This document shows positions 1-7,801 of a stretch of DNA of 27,327 bases, in pieces. The notes under the pieces are model-generated. The model made no database searches and had not been told where the DNA came from. It was given only the letters and a program-made list of their open reading frames with translations. Source of the DNA: an uncultured Desulfarculaceae bacterium (lineage in GTDB: Bacteria; Desulfobacterota; Desulfocorpusculales; Desulfocorpusculum); assembly GCA_964583655.1 (NCBI GenBank), contig CAZOXN010000001.1, positions 1-27,327 of the forward strand. The letters run 5' to 3'. Positions within the stretch are counted from its first letter, which is position 1, and every line of letters begins with the position of its first letter. Both the position numbers and the translations under genes were made by a program.

Positions 1-34
1 CATACTCCATATGGTTCTTCTTGACAACGGGCAA
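1..34 (-). CDS. 5' end of a divergent gene running off the left edge (MPVVKKNHMEY...), product unknown
   Basis: The minus strand reads GGAGGT (46-41), 6 nt, then TTG (34-32) CCC GTT GTC AAG AAG AAC CAT ATG GAG TAT, open to the edge. There is an in-frame ATG at 10-8 and a minus-strand TATAAT upstream. Only 11 codons are visible. Confidence 0.4.
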   Translation of the reverse strand, partial: MPVVKKNHMEY

Positions 35-74
35 CCCGCCACCTCCAACGGACCAGTTGCGTTGCCTCTCTGAG

Positions 75-104
75 ATTATACGTCTTGTTGAAGATCCCTG
101 TCTT
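75..104 (-). promoter_or_regulatory. Putative sigma70-type promoter for the divergent gene
   Basis: Perfect TATAAT on the minus strand (80-75), with AAGACA (104-99) 18 nt upstream, a 4/6 match to TTGACA. Confidence 0.45.
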
Positions 105-195
105 CCACGGGCCCCTTTTCAGCCCTCTCAGAGGGAGGCGAGGCCCATCACCCTTGACTTGGCGGCAAGGTTCTCCCTGGGCGTGCACCCTCGGG

Positions 196-229
196 CTAGT
201 AGCCTTTAGACTAGCTAGGTTGCTACTAG
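196..229. promoter_or_regulatory. Dyad element CTAGTAGC-N18-GCTACTAG, candidate operator
   Basis: Perfect 8-bp inverted repeat (196-203 / 222-229) with a CTAG exactly at its centre (211-214), lying between two divergent promoters. Confidence 0.35.
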
Positions 230-308
230 ATAAAAAACTGATATCAGCTATTTCAATAGGTTACACTCAGTCGCAAGGCCACTCCACGGGAAAAAGAAGC
301 GAATTCGG

Positions 309-338
309 TTGACATAGAAAGCCACCCTGTGGTATGAG
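309..338 (+). promoter_or_regulatory. Putative sigma70-type promoter of the first ABC operon
   Basis: TTGACA (309-314), 18-nt spacer, extended -10 TG-g-TATGAG (330-338), and an A-tract upstream. Confidence 0.55.
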
Positions 339-715
339 AGACTCGCTGTGAATCCAGGGGACTGGGACCGAAGCGAAAAAAGTGGCCATTGGCTCATGTG
401 GAATGCCGGTTTCTTTGCGTGTTGGTCTTCTGCGCCTCCTCCTTCTGATGGTCCCCAGGAGTTGCCCGTGAACGGGCGTTGAATCTTGCCCTCGAAAGGA
501 GGTGAAAGCCCTCATAGACCATGAACGAGGATCCCCAGAGGTGTTGCCTGTATGAGGTGGGGGATTGTGCTTCCTTCACAGGGATGGCCCAAGGCGTTGG
601 ACCAAGGAGGGCCATGGTGATGGTTCAGACCCCGCGCCTCAAGGCGGGACGGATGGTTTGTTACCGAAATGGACCGTGTGCATCAGGTCCGTCTTGACTA
701 AGGAGGACGAGGATC

Positions 716-1918
716 ATGCGTAAAGCACTGAGTTTGGCTCTAGTGGTCTCCTTGGTGGGGGTGGTCTTGGCGACAGGGGCGTGGGCGCAGAAACCCATAA
801 AGGTAGGGGCCATAATAAACCTCACTGGTCCTGCCTCCACCTGGGGTCAGTTCCACGCCAAGGGTCACAGGGATTACTTCCGTTACGTCAACGAGGTCAA
901 AGGCGGGGTCGCGGGAAAGAAGATCGACCTCACCGTGGTCGATCATGCGTATCAGGTCCCGGAGGCGGTGAAGTTCGTCAAGAAGTTCTGTGCAGAGGAC
1001 AAGATGGACATGATCGCCACATGGGACGCGGGATCGGGCATTCAGGCCAAGCCCATAGTGCAGGAGTATAAGGTGCCCTGCATTAACTACTCGACTTTCC
1101 AGGGGATCCTCGCCCCCCCCATCGATTATGTGTACCTCCCCTTCGGCAGTTACGTGATGGATTCCTATGCGGTCCTGGAATACATCAAGACCATACACAA
1201 GGGGAGCGGACCCCCGAAGGTGGGGCTCCTGACTTACAACAACGTGTACGGCAAGTCCATCCATGACCCGAGCAAGGAATACGCCGCCAAGAACAACATC
1301 AACATCGTGGGGATCGAGGAGTTCCCCCCTGCCACAGTGGACCTCTCCACGGAGCTGCTGCGCCTCAAGGAGAAGAAGGCGGAGTATGTCTTCGTCCAGA
1401 TCCTCCCCGCGGCCATCATCACGGCCCTCAAGTCAGCGGATCGGGTGGAGCTCAAGGTCCCTTTCTTCGGGACATGGACCTCCACGGACCCGGACTTCTT
1501 CAACCTGGGCAAGGGGCTCATTCGGGATAGGGTCTTCATGCAGTTCCCGGGCGGCCTTCCTGTGGATGGCTCCCCCGGGATAAAGCTCATGGGGGAGCTC
1601 TGGGCCAAGTACAAGACAGTGAGCAAGTTCGATGCGTCCTATTGGGAGGGGGTCGTGGTGGCCATGATAATGGAGAGGGCCTTCCAGCGCGCCCAGGAGA
1701 AGTTCGGGGACGTGACCCCAGAGACCATCAACAAGGCCCTGGAGACCTTCCAGAACGAGGACTTCGGCGGGCTCTTCCCCAATGTCTCCTATAGCAAGGA
1801 GAACCACCAAGGCTCGTTCAAGGCCAGGATCGTTCGCATAAACGAGGACGCGACTTACACCCCCTTGACCAACTTCTTCTCCCCGGGGCAGGAGAAGGTT
1901 CAAGTCCTGACGAAGTGA
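716..1918 (+). CDS. ABC transporter substrate-binding protein, LivK/periplasmic binding protein type 1 fold
   Basis: 400 aa. Signal peptide ending AWA|Q, followed by IKVGAIINLTGPASTWG, typical of LivK-like SBPs. SD AAGGAGG upstream; first gene of the liv-type operon. Confidence 0.92.
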   Translation: MRKALSLALVVSLVGVVLATGAWAQKPIKVGAIINLTGPASTWGQFHAKGHRDYFRYVNEVKGGVAGKKIDLTVVDHAYQVPEAVKFVKKFCAEDKMDMIATWDAGSGIQAKPIVQEYKVPCINYSTFQGILAPPIDYVYLPFGSYVMDSYAVLEYIKTIHKGSGPPKVGLLTYNNVYGKSIHDPSKEYAAKNNINIVGIEEFPPATVDLSTELLRLKEKKAEYVFVQILPAAIITALKSADRVELKVPFFGTWTSTDPDFFNLGKGLIRDRVFMQFPGGLPVDGSPGIKLMGELWAKYKTVSKFDASYWEGVVVAMIMERAFQRAQEKFGDVTPETINKALETFQNEDFGGLFPNVSYSKENHQGSFKARIVRINEDATYTPLTNFFSPGQEKVQVLTK

Positions 1919-1921
1919 CAG

Positions 1922-2749
1922 ATGAAGGCCTTTCGAGGACAGCCCAGCATCTTCGCCTCCGCTCAGCCGCAAGATCGCGTGGCTGAGCTGGAGGTGAAGG
2001 GCCTGAGTCTCAGCTTCGGGGGGCTCATGGCCCTGATCAACGTGAGCCTCGAGGTGCATACAGGGGACTTGATAGCCGTCATAGGCCCCAATGGCGCGGG
2101 CAAGACGAGCCTCCTCAACTGCATCACCGGTTACTATCGGGGGCAGAAGGGGAAGATCCTATTCAATGGCAGGGAGATAACAGGGTTGCCGCCTCACGAG
2201 ATCACCAGGGAGGGGATCGGGAGGACGTTTCAAAACATCGAGCTCTTCCCGAGGTTGAACGTGATCTCCAACATGCTCTTGGCGCGCCACCTGCACTGCA
2301 CCTATGGCGTTGCCGCGGGTTCCCTCTTCTGGCCATCGGTCAAGAGGGAGGAGGTCCAACACAGGCGGGTCATAGAGGAGATCGTCGACTTCCTGGAGAT
2401 GCAGCCCATCAGGAAGAAGCTGGTGGGCTCCCTGCCTTATGGTTTGCAGAAGAGGGTGGAGTTGGGTCGAGCCCTGGCCCTCCAACCCAAGCTCCTGATC
2501 CTGGACGAGCCCTTCGCCGGGATGACCCTGGAGGAGAAGGAGGACATGGTCAGGTTCCTGGTGGAGCTCAACGAGGGGTGGGGCCAGACCATGATCTTGG
2601 TGGAGCATGACATGTCCGTGGTCATGAGCATCTCCAAACGTGTGGTGGTGCTCAACTTCGGGGAGAAGATCACCGAAGGGAAGCCGGATTTCGTCCAGAG
2701 GCACCCCGAGGTGATCAAGGCCTATCTGGGAGACACAGCGGTCTTGTAG
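1922..2749 (+). CDS. livG: LIV-type ABC transporter ATP-binding subunit (LivG-like)
   Basis: Walker A GPNGAGKT, GIGRTFQN, signature LPYGLQKRVE, Walker B LILDEP, VEHD and C-terminal VIKAYLG. The start may instead be GTG 1979. Confidence 0.93.
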   Translation: MKAFRGQPSIFASAQPQDRVAELEVKGLSLSFGGLMALINVSLEVHTGDLIAVIGPNGAGKTSLLNCITGYYRGQKGKILFNGREITGLPPHEITREGIGRTFQNIELFPRLNVISNMLLARHLHCTYGVAAGSLFWPSVKREEVQHRRVIEEIVDFLEMQPIRKKLVGSLPYGLQKRVELGRALALQPKLLILDEPFAGMTLEEKEDMVRFLVELNEGWGQTMILVEHDMSVVMSISKRVVVLNFGEKITEGKPDFVQRHPEVIKAYLGDTAVL

Positions 2750-2875
2750 CCCACGGCGCACGGCTCTGGCCCGCTAGCCAGGAAGGCGGCGCGGGCATCT
2801 GTGGCGGAGAGGGCACAGGGGGGGCACACCTTGTCCCATGGTGAATTGAAAGGTGCAAGGGGAGGCGATACGAGG

Positions 2876-4795
2876 ATGGAGGAGTCCTGGAGGGCCCTTT
2901 CCACCGAGACCTTTCCGCAGATCCTGGCCAGGCAGGCAGAGAGGCTGGGACCAGAGAAGGTCGCCATCAGGGACAAGGCCTACGGGATATGGCAGGCTTA
3001 CAACTGGCAGGAATACCTCGACTACGTCAAGTGGGTCGCCTTGGGGCTTCTCTCCCTTGGTCTGAAGAGGGGCGAAAACGTGGGGATAATCACGGACAAC
3101 CGCCCAGAGTGGCTCTTCAGTGAGCTAGGGGCCCAGGCCGTGGGCGCCGTGACCCTCAACCTCTATACCTCCTCTGTGGCCAAGGAGCTGAGCTACGGCT
3201 TGAGCCGTATTCGCGCCTCGTACGTGGTGGTCCAGGATCAGGAGCAGGTGGACAAACTCCTGGAGGTGAGGGAGGGAATCCCCCACGTGCGGCGCGTCAT
3301 CTACGTTGACCCCACCGGCATGAGGGGTTACAGGGAGAACCCATGGTTGCTGGCTTTCGCGGAGCTGCTGGAGCTCGGCAAGGACATGGACCGTAAGGAG
3401 CCCGAACGTTTCAGGGCCGAGTTGATGCGAGGGAAAGCGGATGAAATCGCATTGATGATCATGACCTCCGGTACCACGGGTCTCCCCAAGGTGGCCACCT
3501 TGACCCATGCCAACATCACGGACATGGCCAGGAAATGGCTGGAGACTGCCCCCATCGGCATGGAGGACAACTGGATCTCCATAACCCCCACCGCATGGAT
3601 AGTGGATCAGATGTGGGGGGTCGGCGTGGCGCTGTGCGGAGCGATGACCATGAACTTCCCCGAGACCCTGGAGACCACCGCCGAGGACCTCCGGGAGATC
3701 GGTCCCCACGTGATCATCACCTCCTCCAGGTTCTGGGAGGACCTTGCCTCCAAGATCCGCGTGAAGATGAACGACTCCGGTATAGTCAAGAGGACCCTCT
3801 ACAAGCTCTCCCAGCGTGTGGGTGAGGCAGTGGTGGAACGGGAGTTCGTCAAGCGGCCGGTCCCGCTGGGGCTCGACCTGTTGAACCGCCTGGCCTCTCG
3901 CGTTGTGTTTCGTCCGCTGCTGGACCGGGTGGGATGTCTCCAGCTCCGGACCGCCATTACTGGAGGGCATCCCATCAGTCCGGACGTGATCCGATTCTTC
4001 CGGGCCAACGGATTGAATCTCAAACAGGCCTACGGGCTCACGGAGGCAGGAGGCGTCTTCCAGGTGCAGCCCGACGGCCAGGTGAAACCGGAATCCGTGG
4101 GGGTCCCCCTGCCAAGGGTAGAGGTCAGGATCGGTGAGGACCAGGAGGTCCTTGTGTCGAGCCCTTCGGTCTTCTCCGGGTACTTCGAGGACCCGGAGGC
4201 CACATCCCAGGCCCTCAGGGAGGGATGGTTTCATACTGGGGATGCCGGTTATCTGGACGAGGACGGCCAACTGGTGATCATCGGGCGCAAGGCCGAGATC
4301 ATGCGCACCAAGGAAGGTGTCGCCTTCTCACCGGACTTCATAGAGACGAGGCTCAAGTTCAGCCCTTTCATAAAGGAGGCGGTGATCTTCGGGGAGGACC
4401 AACCGTATCTGACGGCCATGATCAACATAGACATGGAAAACGTGGGGGATTGGGCCGAGGACCGCCAGATCCCTTACACCACCTATACGGACCTCTCCCA
4501 GCAGCCCGCTGTGGAGGAGTTGATCCGAGGGGAGGTACACCAGGTGAACACGCGGCTCCCCAAGGCCATGCAGCTCCGCAAGTTCCTCCTCCTCTACAAG
4601 CTCCTGGACGCGGATGACGAGGAGTTGACCAGGACGGGAAAGGTGCGAAGGAAGTTCGTCAACGAGCACTACCGTTCCCTCATCGAGTCGATGTACACCG
4701 GTGCCGCGGAGGTGCCGGTCAAGGGGACGGTCCGATATAGGGATGGGCACGTGGGACAGATAGAGACGGTCGTGCGGATACTGTCTGTGGAGTGA
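2876..4795 (+). CDS. Long-chain-type acyl-CoA synthetase (AMP-binding) embedded in the ABC operon
   Basis: 639 aa from ATG 2876 (SD GGAGG/GAGG). Motifs MTSGTTGLPK, YGLTE, GWFHTGDAG and ELTRTGKVRR. Confidence 0.92.
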   Translation: MEESWRALSTETFPQILARQAERLGPEKVAIRDKAYGIWQAYNWQEYLDYVKWVALGLLSLGLKRGENVGIITDNRPEWLFSELGAQAVGAVTLNLYTSSVAKELSYGLSRIRASYVVVQDQEQVDKLLEVREGIPHVRRVIYVDPTGMRGYRENPWLLAFAELLELGKDMDRKEPERFRAELMRGKADEIALMIMTSGTTGLPKVATLTHANITDMARKWLETAPIGMEDNWISITPTAWIVDQMWGVGVALCGAMTMNFPETLETTAEDLREIGPHVIITSSRFWEDLASKIRVKMNDSGIVKRTLYKLSQRVGEAVVEREFVKRPVPLGLDLLNRLASRVVFRPLLDRVGCLQLRTAITGGHPISPDVIRFFRANGLNLKQAYGLTEAGGVFQVQPDGQVKPESVGVPLPRVEVRIGEDQEVLVSSPSVFSGYFEDPEATSQALREGWFHTGDAGYLDEDGQLVIIGRKAEIMRTKEGVAFSPDFIETRLKFSPFIKEAVIFGEDQPYLTAMINIDMENVGDWAEDRQIPYTTYTDLSQQPAVEELIRGEVHQVNTRLPKAMQLRKFLLLYKLLDADDEELTRTGKVRRKFVNEHYRSLIESMYTGAAEVPVKGTVRYRDGHVGQIETVVRILSVE

Positions 4796-4813
4796 TCGCA
4801 AAGGGGTGCTCAG

Positions 4814-5692
4814 ATGGAACTGTTCATCAAGCTCTTCGTCAACGGCTTGTCCATCGGCTTCCTCTATGCCCTCTCGGCCCTCGGCTTCGTGATGATCTTC
4901 AAGTCGAGTAGCGTCCTGAACTTCGCCCACGGTCAGTTGCTTGCCATGGGTGCCTTCATCTTCTTGGTGCTGTCCGCGTGGCTGAATCTGCCCATCGCGA
5001 TCTCCTTCGTCCTGACCTTGGCTGGGAGCTTCGCCTTGGGGTTCATCATCGAGCGATTCTTTCTGCGTCCTCTGATCGGGGAGGCCTTGATCCAGGTGAT
5101 CATGCTGACAGTGGGCCTGGCGGCCATGTTCAAGGGACTGATGCTCTTCGTATTCGGGGGGAATCTCCACAACTACCCCGAATTCCTGCCCGAGAGTCTC
5201 TCATTGCGATGGGGGGCTGTGTACATACCTTCCGTGTATGTGGCAGCCTTCATCATCGGTCTGCTGTTCCTCGGGGTATTCGGTTTCTTCTTCAAGTACT
5301 CCTCCCAGGGCATCTACATGCGCTCTGTGGCGGATAACCAGCCCGCGGCACTCTCTTTGGGCGTCCATGTGCGGAGGGTCTTCGCCCTGTCGTGGGCCAT
5401 CGCTGCCATGGTCGCTGCCATGAGTGGGATAGTGCTCGGGATCATGAACGGGATCAACGTGCACGAGTTGAGCGCCATAGGGCTCAAGGTCTTTCCAGTG
5501 GTCATCCTGGGCGGGCTTGACAGCATAGGGGGCGCTATCCTCGGTGGGGTGATAATAGGCCTCCTTGAGACATTCACCGGGGGATATGTATCCACCTCCC
5601 TGAGGGAGGTGATCCCATACATAGTCCTTGTGTTCATATTGCTCATAAGGCCATATGGTCTCTTTGGGCTGGTGGAGATCGAGAGGGTCTAA
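4814..5692 (+). CDS. livH: LIV-type ABC permease (LivH-like)
   Basis: 292 hydrophobic aa with LNFAHG, MRSVADN and LGGLDSIGGAILGG. Confidence 0.92.
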   Translation: MELFIKLFVNGLSIGFLYALSALGFVMIFKSSSVLNFAHGQLLAMGAFIFLVLSAWLNLPIAISFVLTLAGSFALGFIIERFFLRPLIGEALIQVIMLTVGLAAMFKGLMLFVFGGNLHNYPEFLPESLSLRWGAVYIPSVYVAAFIIGLLFLGVFGFFFKYSSQGIYMRSVADNQPAALSLGVHVRRVFALSWAIAAMVAAMSGIVLGIMNGINVHELSAIGLKVFPVVILGGLDSIGGAILGGVIIGLLETFTGGYVSTSLREVIPYIVLVFILLIRPYGLFGLVEIERV

Positions 5693-5767
5693 GGGGTCGG
5701 CCTGGGGCATGGCCTTGGGACTGTGGCAAGGCAGCCTCAGGAGACCCAGGGTTTGCGAGGGGATATC

Positions 5768-6835
5768 TTGGGACTGAGACTCCATCCTTGCGGTAATTAC
5801 AGGGAGAGATACGAGCAGGAGATGACGATCTTCGAGACCGATTTCGGTCGGCTCTGGCTCTGCATCGGGCTCTTCCTGCTCTTCGTCGTCGTCCCCCTGG
5901 TGAGCAAGTCCTATTGGCTCTACGTGATGAATACCATCGGGGTCGCCACCATCGCGGCCATCGGGCTCAACATCCTCATCGGCTTCACCGGCCAGATCTC
6001 CCTCGGGCATGGGGCCTTCTTCGGGGTCGGGGCTTACGCCGCAGCTATCTTGGGGACCAAGCTGGCCATCCCGTTCTGGATCTCAGTCCCGGCAGCAGGG
6101 CTCGCCACTGCCTTGGTGGGGATGGTCTTCGGGATCCCCTCGGTGCGTCTGAAACACCTCTACCTGACCATCGCCACCCTAGCTGGGCAGTTGATCGTCG
6201 AGTATCTCATGGTGCACTGGAAGGGCCTCACCGGGGGGCCGTCAGGGATCAGCCTCCCCTCGGCCACGGTCTTTGGTATTCTGATAAAAGGGGACATGGC
6301 CTTTTTTTGGGTCATATTCGCATGCCTGGCCGTCATGACCTGGCTGGCCGTCAACCTCTTCCGTACCCGTTATGGCCGGGCCTTCGTTGCCATAAGGGAC
6401 AACGACCGGGCCGCAGAAGGCATGGGTATACCCATATTCCGTTACAAGCTGCTCTCGTTTGGCATCAGTTCCTTCTATGCAGGGGTGGCAGGAGCCCTCT
6501 GGGCCTATTACACCGCGAGCATCACCCCCGAGCCTTTCAATCTGTTTCTGTCCATCCAGTACATCGCCATGATCATCATCGGGGGGTTGGGGAGCATCTC
6601 CGGGTCGGTCTTCGGGGCCATCTTCATCACCATGCTCAACGAGAGCCTGAGTTGGATCACCCAGTTCCTCATGAACGTCCCGGCCTTGTCGGGCGTGGCC
6701 CTCACCATAGCACCTCTTCGTGAGTTCGTCTTTGGGCTGGCCATCGTCCTGTTCATCATCTTCGAGCCCAGAGGGCTCGCTGAGGTCTGGCGCATTGTCC
6801 GCTCCAGCTTCAGATTGTGGCCGTTTGCGTACTGA
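5768..6835 (+). CDS. livM: LIV-type ABC permease (LivM-like)
   Basis: GFTGQISLGHGAFFGVGAY, YGRAFVAIRDN, IIGGLGS and EPRGL. Start placed at TTG 5768 (GAGG 7 nt upstream); this N-terminus aligns with that of the paralogue at 27028. Confidence 0.9.
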   Translation: MGLRLHPCGNYRERYEQEMTIFETDFGRLWLCIGLFLLFVVVPLVSKSYWLYVMNTIGVATIAAIGLNILIGFTGQISLGHGAFFGVGAYAAAILGTKLAIPFWISVPAAGLATALVGMVFGIPSVRLKHLYLTIATLAGQLIVEYLMVHWKGLTGGPSGISLPSATVFGILIKGDMAFFWVIFACLAVMTWLAVNLFRTRYGRAFVAIRDNDRAAEGMGIPIFRYKLLSFGISSFYAGVAGALWAYYTASITPEPFNLFLSIQYIAMIIIGGLGSISGSVFGAIFITMLNESLSWITQFLMNVPALSGVALTIAPLREFVFGLAIVLFIIFEPRGLAEVWRIVRSSFRLWPFAY

Positions 6836-6838
6836 GCG

Positions 6839-7642
6839 ATGGAAGACGATATACTGCTGCGGGTCAACAATATCAGCGTGGTCTACGCCGACGTCATTCA
6901 GATCCTCAAGGGCGTGTCCCTCGGGGTGAAAAGGGGGCAGATAGTCTCGCTCTTGGGGAGCAACGGGGCCGGCAAGACCACCACGCTGCGAGCCATCTCG
7001 GGGCTCCTGAAGCCTGAGAACGGAAAGGTCACCGAGGGATCCATAGAATTCGCCGGCAATCCGGTGCACAATGCCCCTCCCGAGGAGATCACGCGTCTTG
7101 GGATCATACAGGTCCTGGAGGGGCGTCAACCGTTCAAGTACTTGACCGTGGAGGAGAACCTCCGTGTGGGGACTGCCACCCGCTGGGGGAGACCTTACAA
7201 GCAGGACCTGGAGCTCGTGTACCACTATTTTCCTCCCCTTCACGCGCGGAGGAACAAGCTGGCCGGGTACTGCAGCGGGGGGGAGCTACAGATGCTGGTG
7301 ATCGGCCGTGCCCTCATGGCACATCCGAGGCTCCTCCTGCTGGATGAGCCGTCACTGGGGCTGGCCCCGCTTTTGGTCAAGGAGATCTTCGGCATCGTCA
7401 AGCGTATCAACATCGAGCAGGGTACCACCATAGTCCTCGTGGAACAAAACGCCAACATGGCCCTGCAGTTGGCCCACTACGGCTATGTGATGGAAAACGG
7501 CAAGATCGTCCTCGAGGGCGAGGCAACGGAGTTGCGTCAGAATCCGGACGTGAGGGAGTTCTATCTGGGGATCGCGGCCTCCGGGGCCATGAAGGCATAC
7601 AAGGAAGTCAAGTCTTACAAGAGGCGTAAACGCTGGCTTTAG
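6839..7642 (+). CDS. livF: LIV-type ABC transporter ATP-binding subunit (LivF-like)
   Basis: GSNGAGKT, SGGELQM, LLLDEPSLGLAP, VEQNA, and a basic C-terminal tail YKRRKRWL. Confidence 0.93.
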   Translation: MEDDILLRVNNISVVYADVIQILKGVSLGVKRGQIVSLLGSNGAGKTTTLRAISGLLKPENGKVTEGSIEFAGNPVHNAPPEEITRLGIIQVLEGRQPFKYLTVEENLRVGTATRWGRPYKQDLELVYHYFPPLHARRNKLAGYCSGGELQMLVIGRALMAHPRLLLLDEPSLGLAPLLVKEIFGIVKRINIEQGTTIVLVEQNANMALQLAHYGYVMENGKIVLEGEATELRQNPDVREFYLGIAASGAMKAYKEVKSYKRRKRWL

Positions 7643-7801
7643 AGGGGGGTGAGAGAGAGGGGCAGGGAGGAAGAGGCAGGGTTGTCAGGGTTCCTGATCC
7701 CCGCAAGGCCGCCAAGTGTGACTTCAGCCTCGTCGTCTTGCGGGAGTGACGGGCCGGAATTGACCTGATGCGAAGGCTTCTTTTGTTCAAGGAGGGGTGA
7801 G

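Noticed and set aside
531-570. Lysine or Moco riboswitch in the first leader (AGAGGTG; nearby GAAAGGAG)
   Set aside because: Only isolated short words match; the remaining conserved elements could not be found by eye. An Infernal scan would settle it.
2747-2875. Programmed amber read-through fusing LivG to ACSL1 (also DctP to DctQ at 8822-8974)
   Set aside because: The frames are open, but the downstream genes have their own SD and ATG, the linkers are not protein-like, and a periplasmic DctP fused this way is unsupported. Kept only as part of the same-frame observation.
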